The position numbers and the translations under genes were made by a program. From the human T2T-CHM13v2.0 reference genome, Homo sapiens, in the NCBI GenBank assembly GCA_009914755.4, contig CP068257.2, forward strand, positions 13,024,001-13,088,000: 64,000 nucleotides of DNA, given 5' to 3'. This document shows positions 42,136-56,727 of this stretch, piece after piece (position 1 is the first letter of the stretch; each line of letters starts with the position of its first letter). The notes below the pieces were generated by a model. That model did not search any database and had not been told where the DNA came from. It worked only from the letters and a program-made list of their open reading frames with translations.

Positions 42136-43799
42136 CTTGACTGTATTTTTAAATGACACCTTAATCTTAATAAAGAGATTAATGCCAAAATCATAAATGG
42201 AAAATCTAGAGATTTTATAATGACTGATTGCAATTATGGGCAACCATTCTAGCCAGTTAAGAGAGTATTCGAACACTCTCTGGTTTGCACATCAAGTTTA
42301 CAAACCAAGGTCTGTTTAAAGATAACAGTTTTGGTAACAGAGTATTTTGCTAACTACAGGAAGGTAGGGAAGTTCAAGCAGCAATATTAGATAATCTACT
42401 AGAATAAAGGATTATAAAAACATACATACAAGTTTTCCAATTCAGAGATCAACTATTTGTGCTTAACCATTCTAGGCTTCTCCCTTAGTAATTGGATCTC
42501 TCTCTGAAAGAATCCTGAATCTAACAAAAATGCACAAAATCTAATGTATTCTTCTCTGTTAATATGGTACCACAGCTTGGTACTTCTTACTTTCATAGTT
42601 TTATTAAGTTTATCAATAATGTGGCCAATTGGAAATGACCACTAATGCAGTTAAAATAAGACAAAACAAATACAAGAGTCAAATGGAGGAGAGTCCCATG
42701 ACTCACATTCTCATTCAGTTGCCGGTTGTTTTTTGTTCTCTCTTGTACTAGTATTCCCTGAAAGGCAGGAAATACTAGTCCTCTGAACATATCCAGCCTC
42801 CCTAAGGAAAGTGACAAAAGACCACTACAGAACTATGTGCTCTATAAACCAATGCCTAGGATCAGAATGTCAGAACAAATTCATCCAAACTTGTTTATCT
42901 TTTCATTTGTGAGACTCAGGTATACTCAAAGTTCCACACCACTTATTACAATCCCTCTTCTTCCGAAGGGTAGAGTTAATTTTAAAGTTGGATGCATCAT
43001 TTAGCACTGTTATTTCCAAAGACAGTTTACCAGAATATGGCCACACTGAAGTCTGCTGTTGGCAAGAAGAGAGGAAAGGAAAGCCAGTCAATAAAGACCA
43101 AAAACAGTTGTTCCCATCCTTCTACCCAGTTCATGTCTCTTTACTACTGTGATACATTCTAATCTCTTTGGCAACATAATTATGTTGTATTAATGCATAG
43201 TAATCTCAATCACTTCAAAAAGTTCTCTAGCTCTTGAACTTATCACCTTCATTATCAATGCAAGAAAGAACTTGAGGCAAAAGCAGTCAACGAGAGAAAG
43301 AAAGTCACTGGCTTACTTCCATAATGCTGAGCATGATGCCATAAGTTTTATTTGCATAAGGACATTTGATTCTTCTTAGAAGAATGGCAAAGAAAACTTT
43401 GCAGGACAAATCATTGAATCTCCACCAAGAGGAGAGATTAGAAACAGTCTGAATACTATGAGGAAAATAACCCAGATGGTAGGTGAAAATCAAAGGAACT
43501 GACATATATCCTGGGGCAACAGCTGTGGTCAGATCAGACAGATACTATTTATATGTCACTGAGGAAAGACACAGACATATTTATGTACTTAAGCCCAAAG
43601 GAATGTAAAGCTACCCTTGACCTTAATGAAAAGAGCTGTAATTCTTTTGGTGTTCCATAGTAAAATTAGTGGTCAACACAAGTTTTGTTGGCAATGTTAC
43701 ATAACCACACTTATGTAGATCATAATAACTGTTGAAAGATGAGCATTCAGAAATAACTTATTATGTACAAGAGATATGCATTAAGATTAACAGCTAAAT

Positions 43800-44790
43800 T
43801 ATTCAGAAACCATGGAGGCCGGAAGGCACTGGGATGACATATTCAAACTTCTGAAAGTAAAAGAGTGTCAGTCAAGAAGTCTGTATCCAGCAAACCTACT
43901 TTTCAAATATAAGTAAGAAATTAAGACTATCCCAGATAAACAAAACCTGAGATAATTTATTACTATTCCACAAGAAATACTAAAGAGAGTCCCTCAGGCT
44001 GAAATAAAAGGACACTAGATAGTAATGTGAATTCACATGAAGCAATAAAAAGCCCTGGTTAAGGTAACTATATAGGTAAATATCAAAGAGAGTATGTATT
44101 TGGTATGTTTAAATTTTTTCTTCTCCTATTTAATTTAAAAGATAACTATGCAAAGCAATAATTATAAAACTCAGTTGATGGGTTTATAATGTATAAAGAT
44201 ATAACTTCATGATAATCCCAGAAAGGAAAGTGAGGGAACAGAGCCAAATAAGAGCAGTTTTTTATACTATTGAAATTAAAAAGACACTAATCTTTTTCAC
44301 TTCCCCTCAAGATGACACTATTCTTAACTAGATTATTGTAAATTAAGTGTTCTTTGTAATCTTCAGGAAATCACTAAGAAAGTGAATCAAAAAAATAATG
44401 AAATAAATGACAGGAGAATTAAAATGGTACACTAGAAAATATCTACTTAACACAAAAGAATGCAGTAATATAGGCATAAAGGAGCAAGAAGACATAGAAA
44501 ACCACTACCAAAACATCAGACATAAATCCTACCATATTAGTAATTACATTAAAGGTAAATGGAATAAATAGTGCAATAAAAAGTTAGAGATTGGGAGATG
44601 GACCAAAAAAAGAGATCCACCTATCTGCTGTCTACAAAGACACTCTTTAGATTCAAAGACACAAATAGGTTGAAAATAAAAGGGCATACCATGTAAACAG
44701 TAACTAGAAGAAAGCTGGAGTGGCTATACTAATATCAGACAAAGCAGATTTTATTTGAAGTCATTCAAGGTAAAGAAGAAGCATGAAATA
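43800..44790 (+). mobile_element. Old L1 fragment (L1M or L1PB class) spanning the ORF1 C-terminus, inter-ORF region and ORF2 N-terminus. Boundaries are approximate.
   Basis: ccatggaggccggaaggcactgggatgacatattcaaa…cccagataaacaaaacctgag…tccctcaggctgaaat…aaggtaaatggaataaat…ctgctgtctacaaagacactctttagattcaaagacacaaataggttgaaaataaaagg…ctggagtggctatactaatatcagacaaagcagatttt align to the L1 ORF1-end and ORF2-start consensus. Confidence 0.7.
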
Positions 44791-45169
44791 TAATTCCTAA
44801 GCTATTGATCACTTCATTCTACAGTAGTGGTTTAGAGACCAAGGAGCATCTGCCACCAATTCCTATCTCTTGATTATTGTCCCTTCTTTTGCTGTCACCT
44901 TGGAAACAGAGACTTCATAAACAGGTAAAATTGATTATACATTCTGTCTAAAATGTACTTGTGTTTATTTTATCTTTAAATAAAATTTGATTATAGTTTA
45001 GAATATAATGATCTTACTAAACAATCACTTATGTACACAAAATAATACAAAACAAATGTAAGCTCAATTAAGTGTGACACACTCATGTAACCAACACTCA
45101 GATTAAGAAATGGAACATTATCAGCATTCCAGGACCTACACTGTTATCCTCTCTTTCAGTCATTTTTTC

Positions 45170-46310
45170 CCTCAAAGGATAACCACTACCCAGACTTCTA
45201 ATGCAATTGGTAACTTTTGTCTGTTTCTAGATATTACATAATGTAATTGTATAGTACGTGCTTCTTTGTGTCTGGCTTCTTTCATTTGATTCCATGTTTA
45301 TACAGTACAACCATATTGAGACTGTAGTTCTAGTTTGCTCATCCTTTTTGCTGTATACAATTCCATTATGTGATTATACCATAATGTATTTATTAGTTCT
45401 ACAATGGAGAGACATTTGGTGGTTTCCAGATTGAGGCTATTATTAGTAATCCTGCTATGAATATTTTTGTAGATATCTTTTGGTGGATATATGCACACAT
45501 TTTTCTTGAATATCTGACTAGGATTAAAACTGTCAGGTCATACGATATACAAATGTTCGGCTTTAATTACTACTGTCAAATATTCCCCAACATAGTTGCA
45601 CTGATAGACACCCCACTAGCAATATATGACAGTTAGTTGCTCTATTTGCTCACTGATATTTCATTGTCTGTTTATCATTTTAGCCATTCTTATGGGCATG
45701 TAGTAGTATCAAATTATGATTTTTCATTTGCATTTCTCTAATGACTGACAAAGTTGGACACTGTATCATATGTTTACTAATCATTTCGAGATCTTCTTTT
45801 CTGGATGCTCATTTTTACATTTGGATTTTCTGCCTTTTACTTATTGATTTGCAAATATTTTTCCCAGTCTGTAGGTTGACTTTTGTTTTCCAAATGGTCT
45901 TCTTCGGTGAACAGATATTATTAAAATGGTAACAGTTATCATTATTTTTCTTTTGTAGTTATTGATTCTGGTCTTTCTTTAAGAAATATTTGCTTAATCA
46001 AGGATCTTTAATATATTCTTCTATACTTCTTCTAAAAGACTTATTGTTTTGCCTTTTACACAAGTCAGCATTTCATCTAGAATTTTTTTATGTGTAATGA
46101 GTGACATGTGTAGAGACCTATATTTAGATAAATATCCAATTGACTAAGCACCAGTTATAAAATGGTCATCTTTTCCCCCTTGACTTCTAGTAACACTTTT
46201 GTTGTTTAATTTCTTTCTCCTCTTTTATTTGGCCAACTCTAGTTCTAGAGATGTTATCTTGTAAGCATGGATGCACAGAAAGCCAGGAGTCTAGCGCAAG
46301 AAAAAAAAAT
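45170..46310 (-). mobile_element. Old L1 3'-end fragment on the minus strand. It may start near 44990. Boundaries are approximate.
   Basis: Antisense matches to the L1 3' region: ttgatttgcaaatatttttcccagtctgtaggttgacttttgttttcc, ggatatatgcacacatttttcttgaatatctgactagg, catttgcatttctctaatgactgacaaagttgg. Confidence 0.6.
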
Positions 46311-47099
46311 CATGTAATTATTTCTACTGTTTCTCAGCGCTTTATAGTCTAGCCATGCTTAATAAATGTTTTTCTTTTATCATGTTTCCTCTTTTACCTT
46401 TGCCAAATAACATGTTACTGGTGGAATAAGTAATATTGTTCATAGAATTTTTAAAAATTGTAGCATACAGAAAGTAAGAATAACCCACAATTTCACCACC
46501 CAAATGAAAACTACTAAAAAGTTTTCATGAGATTTCTTCTCAGTCCTTTTCCTAATAAGCCTATTCTTAATTCAAAATCTCTAAGTACCTAAAAGCAGAG
46601 GGTTTGTAAGGACAACCTAAAAGATGACTTCTGGCTTATCAAAATATGTGTTCAAGGACATTTAAAAATGCAGAAGAAAAACATCTGATATGAACGAGAT
46701 GGTGCAGATTCTTCTTTCTCTGTTTCTCCCCAACTAAGTACAATTACAAACCCTGACAATTACATACAGCAACCATAGAATGACACAGAAGAATGATAAA
46801 AGAAAGGTGAACTGGCTAGAGGCCCCAGGAATGAAGGAAAAACACAACAGCCGGGATCTTCTGAACACCACATCCTTCATTCCACTTGCAGAAGGAGAAC
46901 CCAGGCCCGACATCTTCTGACCTAAACCTGTGGCGGAATGTTGCCCAAGCAAGTAGATTCCTTCCCCCATTCCCTGCAGATTAAATAAGAGTCTCCAACA
47001 ATAAGCAGCCTTGGAAATTGTTCTCTGCTTCCAAGATCAAGACTCTCCTTCTTCCCTCTCCCTGACCCCCTATTAGAGACACTGGGCGATCATGTCAGG

Positions 47100-48653
47100 C
47101 AGAAATTAAATGGGTACCCTACCAACAACAGAAATCCTATGAAACTGTATCAAACCCATGACCGGGGGTCTCCCTCTCCTTGCTTAAAGACTCTAGGTGG
47201 CCTAACCTGGTGGCCAGCACAAAGAGAATTTCAGGAGGCCCACTAGCACCAAGTAAACCAAAGAGACCAAAATTGACTATTAAGGCTCAGAAAGCTAAGT
47301 TGGGAGAGTAACTGTAGCCCACAAAATATAGGCTAGGGCCTATCACTTATAGAGGATGACTGCTTAATATAGCATAAAACTTAAATAGGATCCAGAGTAT
47401 TCTAACATAACCACCAAAATACGCAGGATATAATTTAAAATCACCTGCAATACTAAGCAATAGCAACAGGAAAATCATGACTTGAATGAGAAATGACAGC
47501 AGTTGACAACATTGAGAAAAGTAGGATATTGGAATTAACTAACAATAATTTTCTCATAGTCATCATAAAGGTTATTCAGCAAACAATTATGAATACCCTT
47601 GAAGCAAATGAAAAAAACAGAATATCTAACTAAAAATCAAAAGACTAGAAGGAAATTATAGAACTAAAACTACAATAACTGAAATAGAAATTTCACTGGC
47701 AGTGCTCAGTAGCAGAATAAGCATGACAGAGGAAAGAATAAGTAAATTTGAAGATAGAACAACAAATTACTCAATCTGAACAACAGAGAGAAAACTAACA
47801 TATACACACTTATGTATACACAAGGCTTCAGACATCTATGGGACAATAATAAAAGATCCAGGATTCATGTCATCAGCACCTCATAAGAGGAGAGGAAAGG
47901 GAGTGGAATGAAAAAAATATGTTAATAAATAATAGCTAAAAATTTTTAAAATTTTGTGTAAAAATCTATCTACAGTTTCAAGAAGCTAAGAAAACCTCAA
48001 GTAGAATAAACTCAAAGCACTCCACATAAGACACATATAATTGAAGTTCTGAAAACTACAAACAAAGAAAAAATCTTGAAAGCAGCTAGAGAGAAACAGC
48101 ACATTACCTATAGTGGAACAACAATTAGAATGACAGCTTTCTTATCTGAAACCATGGAGACCAGGGAGAAGTCTGATATTTTTCAAGTGCCTAAAGGAAA
48201 GAACTGTCAACCCCAAATATATCCTTCAAGAATGAATGGGGAAATACATACATTCTCAGAAAAAGGCAATCTAAGAAAAGTTATCATCAACAGACTTATC
48301 CTTAAAGAATGGCTAAAGGAAGTTCTCCAAACAGAAGGGAAATGATAATAAAGTAAGATTTGGAACTCCAGAAAGGAAGGACAAAAGAATGCAATGGGTA
48401 AAAATAAGAGTAAGTAGACCAGCCTCCTCATGAGTTTTAAAAATCATATTTGATGATTGAAGCAAAAATTCAATTAATAAAGAGAAAATATTCAAGTTAG
48501 TTGTATTTCCAGCGTGGGAGGCTAAAGAGACCTAAGTGGAAATAAGGTTTCTACACTTCGCTGGAAGTAGTAACATGTCAATACCAGTGGACTGGGTTAA
48601 GTTTTATACGCAGATTATAATATTTAGAGCAACCACTAAGAAAACTATACATT
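47100..48653 (+). mobile_element. Old L1 5' portion (L1M or L1PB class) covering the ORF1 region. Possible 5'UTR-like sequence starts near 46450. Alu insertion at 48654 interrupts it.
   Basis: The translated remnant gives an ORF1p-like C-terminus (see the pseudogene entry below). The upstream sequence is AG-rich and L1-like. Confidence 0.65.
48076..48345 (+). pseudogene. L1 ORF1p C-terminal remnant, an 89-aa residual ORF inside a decayed L1
   Basis: The 6-frame ORF MKAAREKQHITYSGTTIRMTAFLSETMETREKSDIFQVPKGKNCQPQIYPSRMNGEIHTFSEKGNLRKVIINRLILKEWLKEVLQTEGK is collinear with the L1 ORF1p C-terminus (…REKQHITYKG..IRLTADFS.ETMEARRQWNDIFKVLKEKNCQPRILYPAKLSF.NEGEIKTF.DKQKLREF…LQE.LKEVLQ.E). It has no upstream coding continuity. 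Confidence 0.7.
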
Positions 48654-48974
<321 letters not shown>

Positions 48975-48993
48975 AAACTATACAAAGAAATAT

Positions 48994-49390
48994 TGTATTA
49001 GTCAGCTGAGGATGCCATAACAAAATATCATAGACTAGGTGGCTTAAATAACATGAATTTATTTCTTACAGTTCTGGAAACTGGGAAGTCCAAGATCAAG
49101 GTGCCAGCAAGGTAGATTCCATTCTGAGCTTTCACTCTTCTCTTGGTTTGTAGGCAGTGATTGTCTTGCTGTGTATTAATGTGACCTCTTATTTGTTCAA
49201 GAGCTGAGAGACAGACAGCTTTCTCTCTTCCCCTTGTATAAGGGCACTAATCCCATCATGAGCTTATTGTCACCTTTATGACCTTCTCTAAATCTAATAA
49301 CTTCCCCAAAGTCCCATCTCCAAATACCATCACATTGCAGGCCAGAGCTTCAATATATAAATTGGAGAGGACTCAATTCAATCCATAGCA
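48994..49390 (-). mobile_element. MLT1-type MaLR solo LTR on the minus strand
   Basis: gtattagtcagctgaggatgccataacaaaatatcatagactaggtggcttaaataacatgaatttatttcttacagttctggaaactgggaagtccaagatcaaggtgccagcaagg…catagca is the reverse complement of the MLT1 LTR 3' end (…ccagtctatggtattttgttatagcagc…) and 5' end. Confidence 0.7.
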
Positions 49391-49399
49391 AATCTACTC

Positions 49400-49750
49400 A
49401 AAAACTTAGATATTACAAATTGAAATCCTCCCAAAATGGCAAACTCACTCACAGGAAGGCAAGAAAAGGGAGACACAGGGATGAGAAACAGATGGACTAG
49501 AAAACAAACAAACAAACAAACAAACAGTATGGCAGACTTAAGCCCTATCATATTACCTATAGTGTAAATAATTTAAATATACAATATAGTAACAGAGGTT
49601 GGCAGAATGAATAAAATATATGATTCAACTAGATGCTATCTACAAGAAACTCAGTTCAAAAACAACATATGTAGGTTGAAAGTAAAAGAATAGAAAGAGA
49701 TGCACCATGCAGGTGTAAATTTTCAAGAGCTCAGAAGGAACTCTTTGATC
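49400..49750 (+). mobile_element. Old L1 inter-ORF and ORF2 N-terminal fragment. It is probably the continuation of the L1 at 47100-48653 beyond the Alu and MaLR insertions.
   Basis: (AAAC)n followed by gtatggcagacttaagccctatcatattacctatagtgtaaataatttaaat…gaggttggcagaatgaataaaatatatgattcaactagatgctatctacaagaaactcagttc…aggttgaaagtaaaagaatagaaagagatgcaccatgcag, which matches the L1 ORF2 start (atggcag…agtaattactttaaatgtaaatgg…agattggcagaatggataaaaa…ctgtctacaagagactcactt…aggttgaaagtgaaagg). Confidence 0.65.
49501..49526. repeat. (AAAC)n microsatellite
   Basis: The repeat is directly visible. Confidence 0.9.
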
Positions 49751-51235
49751 CCTTACACACTCATGATGCTCAGATACTTTAATACACAGTGAGTCTCAGT
49801 CTTCGTGAAATTGATAATTACTGTTTGTCAGACTTTCTTAGCTCTTCCTGAACCAGATTACTCAAATATTAATGGAAGATCTTTACAATATATTTTTTAA
49901 AGAGTAATAGCTAGACAATCATCTAGATAAGCACACTGAGAGAGGGAGATTGCCGATTAGAAGAGCAGCCAAAGCTAAAGAAAACATGTAGGCAAGATCA
50001 GTTATTTGAATGAGGGCCCTGCTTCGTATTTTGCATTTAGAAGAAAAAAAATCATACATTACAAAAATAGCAATGGAGAAAGGATAAATGGAAAGATAAT
50101 TTTTTATCTTCAGTTCTGTGGTGTGGCTTGTGGTTCTGCTCTTTTTAACATCTGTCAGCCTCCATCAATATATGCCTGCATAAGAATTCAGGCAATTATC
50201 ATTTGAAAGGTTGCAAAATTGTCCACACAGTGAAATTCACCTTCCGAGTTGTAGTTTGACAGCTACGTTGATAAGCTAAATCCAAATAAAATTAGCCTTC
50301 AGTTAGATGCTCTCACGTTACTGTAATAAACTTCCTGGGACATACAGTGTCCTTTGGAGGACCAGGAGCCTCACCCAAACAGACTTGAACAACTGTTGAC
50401 CAGACTTGACAGCATGCAGTCCACAGAAGTGCCTGAAGCCCCGGGGGTAGGGTGGTGGGAACAAAAAACAAAACCGTTTTTATCTTTTGCACTCTCCCTT
50501 TCTCCTCTAGGCCATTGTTGAAAAGGGTAGCTTTTTTTTTTAACATAAAAAGAAATATACTATACTTTCCATATTTTGGGCAATTTTAGGATGTTTTGTG
50601 GAATCTAGAATCAACCAGAGTTACCCTGAATGTACTGGAAAATCTTTTGATTGCTCCCAACTTACTTGTAAACCTCTATGTAAAAGTGCCATAAATACAA
50701 ACCTACAGATGGTCCTGAACTAGACCCTCTATAATATGATAACAGGAGCCACAAGAGAGCTCAGTGTGACATAGTGTGGAAATAAGATATGACCCTCCCT
50801 CATATATCCCTTCCACGATCTTGCATGATCCCTCATCATTATCATGAGAAATACTAATTTAGATGTTTAATCTGACTGCATCCTTTTTTCTCTTAGCCAC
50901 ATTCTCTCCGTAGCCAGATGCAGTAAAAGGACATTCACTATGAACAGAGTGATAAGTAAATTGACTTCATATTTCTAACACTAGATTATACAATGACCTT
51001 GCAGTGGTTTGGGGTGGGGGTAGCAAAGGATGGGCTTGGATAATCTTTCTCAGCATTATTAATACTCTTCTTTTAATTCAGTTCAATTCTATTCAATTCA
51101 ACAAATATTTATTAGACACTTGGCATAACAGGCATTCCACAGTGCCGATAAACCAGGGGAAGACTATAAGTAGCTGTCAGTCTTATAAAGGAATATATTA
51201 AATGCAATAATGACAATATCACAAGATAAATCCCA

Positions 51236-51309
51236 TTCTCCTCCCTTCTTTCCTTCTTTTCTCTTCCTTTCCTACTTTCTTTCTTATTTTTGTTCTTTTC
51301 TTTTGTTCC
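51236..51309. repeat. Polypyrimidine (CT-rich) tract
   Basis: About 74 nt of C and T only (ctcctcccttctttccttcttttctcttcctttcc…). Confidence 0.8.
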
Positions 51310-53286
51310 TGAGGGATCATATTCTTCAAAGTGACATTAACAAATTCAAACCAAGGTTGACTTCAACCTGTCATTTCTATAGCACATTTCATTTACCAAT
51401 CTAAGACATCAACACCCTCTTACAGTAGATACTATAAACTCAGTCACTTCCTTTGCAGAGACCTAGAGAGCTAAGAGGACTTTCTCAAGGTCATCCTTCA
51501 CTTTTCTGATGCACACAAAACAAGCACTAGCACCTTTGCTCTTTGGTTAAAAGCATCTCTCATACTGCAGTTTTCTGTCGCCAACTATAATGCACTACTG
51601 GTGATTTTCATCTACCTCTATATGAACACAAGACAGAGTGCGCCTCTTCCCTGGGTTATTTCCATAGCTACTGTATTTATTATATTAATGTTTATCACTT
51701 GGATGTCATTTAATGAATGTCTGCAGGGGGGAGGGAGAAGATAGAATGTTCAGGGAAAGAAGCTGTGCTATTAATTCAAATGGATAGTCAAGACAAGCAT
51801 GTACATTCACATTGCCATATGGGGGCTGTTTTAGGGCACTGAAGCAGTTAATTTTGTTTTAAAGACACAAGCTTAGATAAAATAGATCTTTTTGACTTGG
51901 TTGAGAATTGAAATTATAAAGCATGCAAGGCTTCAGATTAAAATGCTATATTATTCTCTCCTCCCCACCTTATCTGAGGAGTGTAATGCCCTTACAATAG
52001 CCCACTTCTTGAACTCTTTCCAATTTCAGATATTTCCTATCTCTTTTAATACCTCATTGCTTTTGCATCAATTACGGCCTGACCTAAAGCTGCACTGGAA
52101 GTGGAAGTGATATATAGTGGAATCCATTGAAATGAATTTCTGATGAAAGAATAAAACTGTTAAAAGAATACATTTACTGCACACAAATTTATACAAATCC
52201 CATATATGCTGTGAAATCCCCTGAAATGAAAAACTGATGAAAGATTAAAATGTTAAATGAATTAAAATCCACCATCCCAGTGAAATATAATGATGATTTG
52301 ACCTACTAAATGAATGGCCTAAATGAAGATATAAATTTGAAGTGCTCCAACGTATGTCAATTTTAAATGTGCAGTAAGCCAGCATAACACAAAAATATGG
52401 CTCTCACTATTAAAGGAACACATTTTTTCTGGAACCAGCCATTATTTAGAAACATCTGTGTTGGTGCTTTACATGATGAGAAAGGCAACATATTCTGTTG
52501 CTCATACAAGGTAACATCATGTATTAACCTTTCCCTCTTTCCTAATCCTTTATCTCTTGATCTCTTCAGATTATATTTGTATATACTGCCTTAGGGATGG
52601 GTAAGAATTGGGATACTCCTATGGCAATTTCTACCTTTCAGCAGGGGTCCTTCCTAAACTCAGTTTATATCATGCCTGAAGAATATAGAAAAATAATATT
52701 AGGATATACACTTTTAGTGAAACATAGGAAGTTAGCCAAGCAATTTTTATTAACAATTACTACCCTGCACATCTAATTCCCAATTTAACGTTAAAAAATA
52801 AAAACTATGTTGAAAAGCTCCTAGCAGTTAAAATAAGTTTGCAAACTAGTTTATTGCCCAGGTGAATTGTACGTTCTAACTCAGTTTAGGGCACAGGTAA
52901 TGTGTGTTTTGTTGATAATAAATTTAAGTTTCAGTCACTGAAAAATCATATTCTCTAATTAGGCACAACTAGAAGCCTTTCATCATTGGCAGGAAAAATA
53001 AAAATGCAATTGCACTATGGAAAACTGCGCCCAGTGATTCTCTGACCTCTAGTCAGATTATGGTATTATAGTCATTTGCAACTGGAAGCTATGGCCAGGA
53101 TAGAGGTCATTATCCTTATTGGCACCTCTGGCAGTGTCCAAATTTTAGAGCATATGGCCAAATGCACATGGTCATTAATTCGCATGGATCCACTGACCAA
53201 CATGAAATGATATATAACTTGCCTTCATGGACCAAAGCAGGAGGAGTTTCTATGCTAATGAAGTCTGGCCAATCCTGAACCTATTT

Positions 53287-53880
53287 CTCTCTCTCTCTCT
53301 TTTTTTTTTAATATATATTATTTTCTTTTACTTTAAGTTCTGGGATGGAGGTGCAGAACGTGCAGGTTTGTTACATAGGTACACATGTGCCATGGTGGTT
53401 TGCTGCACCTATCAACCCGTCATCTAGGTTTTAAGCCCTGCATGCATTAGGTATTTGTCCAAATACTATCCCTCCTCTTGCCTCCTACCCCTCAACAGGC
53501 CCTAGAGTGTGATGTTTCCCTCCCTGTGTCCACATGTTCTCATTGTACAACTCCCACTTATGAGTGAGAACATGTGGTGTTTGGTTTTCGGTTCTTGTGA
53601 TAGTTTGCTGAGAATGATGGTTTCCAGCTTCATCCGTGTCCATGCAAAGGACATGAACTCATTCTTTTTTTATGGCTGCATAGTATTCCATGGTGTATAT
53701 GTGCCACATTTTCTTTATCCAGTCTATCATTGATGGGCATTTGGGTTGGTTCCAAGTCTTTGCTATTGTAAATAGTGCTGCAATAAACATATGTGTGCAT
53801 GTGTCTTTATAGTAGAATGATTTATAATCCTTTGGGCATATACCCAGTAATGGGATTGCTGGGTCAAATGGTATTTCTGT
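53287..53880 (-). mobile_element. L1PA-like 3' end on the minus strand, 5'-truncated, about 590 bp, with a 15-bp TSD
   Basis: (CT)n and poly-T followed by the antisense L1 3' terminus (ctttaagttctgggatggaggtgcagaacgtgcaggtttgttacataggtacacatgtgccatggtggtttgctgcacc…gggattgctgggtcaaatggtatttctg). Flanking direct repeats are cctgaacctatttct at 53272-53286 and cctaaaccgatttct at 53881-53895. Confidence 0.9.
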
Positions 53881-54700
53881 CCTAAACCGATTTCTAAGGA
53901 GAAATAAAGTTGCTACTAAACTTCAGCTTCTTAAATTTTTATGAACTCTAGATATATTTTGGTAGAAAACTGCCCAAGCTTTACCGGAATTCCTAAAGAG
54001 GAAGGATTCCTAGGGTACAGCTATAAGTGGCCCAGGATAGTCTGCAATAATAATTGGCATAGCATTGAAATAAATATCTTGGGTGCTGCAACACCCTTTA
54101 AACTACACTCATCTAAAAGGCCACATGTTTTGCCTTTAGGGGATAACTTTGTTGTGTTGATCACCTGCAGGAGTTTCCATACCAGTGTCTAAATGCTTCA
54201 AGAGGAAGCACTTAGTCTTAGGTATCTTTGCAATTCTAAAGAAACCCACAGCACTCATTAAGTGTTTGATGACTTAAACTGAAACAGTAGAGAGCAATTT
54301 TACTCTGGCTAAAGTTATATGTAAACAAGACTTGAGGTTTTAGCACCCCATGGGGATGCCATAGTTGGCTCCCCTTACATTTCTTTATGTATTCCAGAAT
54401 ACTTTTGGAGTGCCTCTTCTGAAGTGTTAGGTACTAGGAATGGGTTTCCTGTCCTTAGGAGGCTTACTCTCTGTCAGAGATGCTCAGGTGCCTTGGCTAA
54501 TTGTTATCTGGTTATTATTTATCAAGGAACAATTACTACCAAGGCCTGTAGGAGGCATAGATTTACGTAGAAAACAAGGTGTAGTTTCAGTGTGAGGTAG
54601 AACTGATGGGTAAAGAAGCAGTTAAAATTGAATACGAGGAGTTACCTAAAGGGGTAAGCAGGGAATGGGAAGGAAGAAGTTATATCTAAACTGGAACCTG

Positions 54701-54919
54701 AGGCCAGGTGCGGTGGCTCATGCCTGTAATCTCAGCACTTTGGGAGGCTGAGGCAGGCAGGTCACTTGAAATCAGGAGTTTCAGACCAGCCTGGTCAACC
54801 CCGTCTCTACTAAAAATACAAAAATTAGCTGGGCATGGTGGTGCACACCTGTAATCCCAGCTACTCTGGAGGCTGAGGCAGGAGAATTGCTTCAATCTCA
54901 GAGGCAGAGATTGCAGTGA
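54701..54919 (+). mobile_element. Alu, plus strand, 3'-truncated with no poly-A
   Basis: aggccaggtgcggtggctcatgcctgtaatctcagcactttgggaggctgaggcaggcaggtcacttgaaatcaggagtttcagaccagcctggtcaacc…gagaattgcttcaatctcagaggcagagattgcagtga. Confidence 0.9.
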
Positions 54920-55371
54920 AACGTGATTAAATACTTACTGGCATTACTCTTATCCCTAATATCACCTTAAAACTTAAAGACTGTCAATATCTGTTAGAGT
55001 CAGAGTGAAAAAGAATTCTGACATCACTGAGTTAAACATAGTGGAAATTAAGTTGCTGAAAATAAAAAAATGTATATTCTTTAAATGATAACTAAAAATA
55101 TGCATACATACCCTTATTAGTTTTTAGGGATATTCGTTGAAAATGAGGATTTATCTTCACTCAATTTTAACATAAAATCTAAAGATTACTTAGAATTATA
55201 AAACATAATTTAAATAAAATAAAAATATATATAAAATAAACATTAAAATCAATATAAAAGGCAACTAGGAAAGTTTAACAATTAATTTCTAACATTTCAA
55301 AGACTTCTTTTTTCCCTTATTGTTTTTTCCTTATTGTTTGTCAATTTCTAATTTAAATACATTAAGAATTA

Positions 55372-55677
<306 letters not shown>

Positions 55678-56565
55678 TTAGAAAATCACACATATCTCAA
55701 ATTCTACATTACAGATCAAACTGTCTTTCAATAATTCTTTGGTTTATCTTTATCTTAGCCAATAATTCCTCTTTTATCTATTGTTATTAAATTCCATTTG
55801 ATTTTCTTATCTTTTGTATCCAATAGAATTAGTTTCTACTGTATATAATATACTAACAAAAAGTAGCACAGCTTAAACAAAATAGAAGTCTATTTCCCTG
55901 CAATGTGAAAAAATCCGCATGTAGCTAGTCGTTATTTTCTTAGAGAGGGTACAAAAAATTATCATAGTTCCTGATGACTTCTGTCTCACAGCTCTGTCAA
56001 TTTTATATTTGTTTTTCAAGATAGCTTCCAGGACTCTGACATATGTGAATATTCTGTTGACTGTATAGCTACAAAATAGAAAGTTTCCTAAGAGTTTTAA
56101 AAATATAGTAATCTGTACGTTCCTGGTGCTGTATGCCCTAAAGTCAAAAAGACCTTTCTTTTTATTTACTTATTTTTATTTTTTTATTTTTGCGGGTACA
56201 TAATATGTGTATATATTTATGGGGCACATGATATATTTTGGTACAGGCATGAAAAACAGCTTTCTTCAAAACAATTTATAACCTATTTCTATATGCATAT
56301 CATTGCTAATATTATATTGCTCTTCTTAGATTGCTTTCCGGGTAATGCAGGATAAAGCAAAGAGACTGATTGGTCTTTTGCTTATGATAGTTTGATTTTC
56401 TCATGGTATTTTGATTATAGCGTCTGTAACATACCTAAGAACTGGGATTCTCTGTGCGGGATAAAGAAAATATACAGTTCAGATGGACTAGGTTACGTAT
56501 ACACTGATAATTGTGAATTTGAATTAGAATTAAAAGTACAAATTCTTAATGTGTTTTGTGTTTAA

Positions 56566-56727
56566 AATATATATTATAATATATAATACATATATATTTT
56601 ATATGTATACATATATGAATTTTTAATACATATATGTATTTTTAATACATCTATCTTAATACATATATTAAATCCATATTTAATACATATATTTTAATAC
56701 ATATATTTTTAATACATATATACTTAA
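56566..56727. repeat. AT-rich minisatellite, (ttttaatacatatat)n-like, about 8 units
   Basis: The units 'aatacatatat(a)ttttt' are visibly reiterated. Confidence 0.85.
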
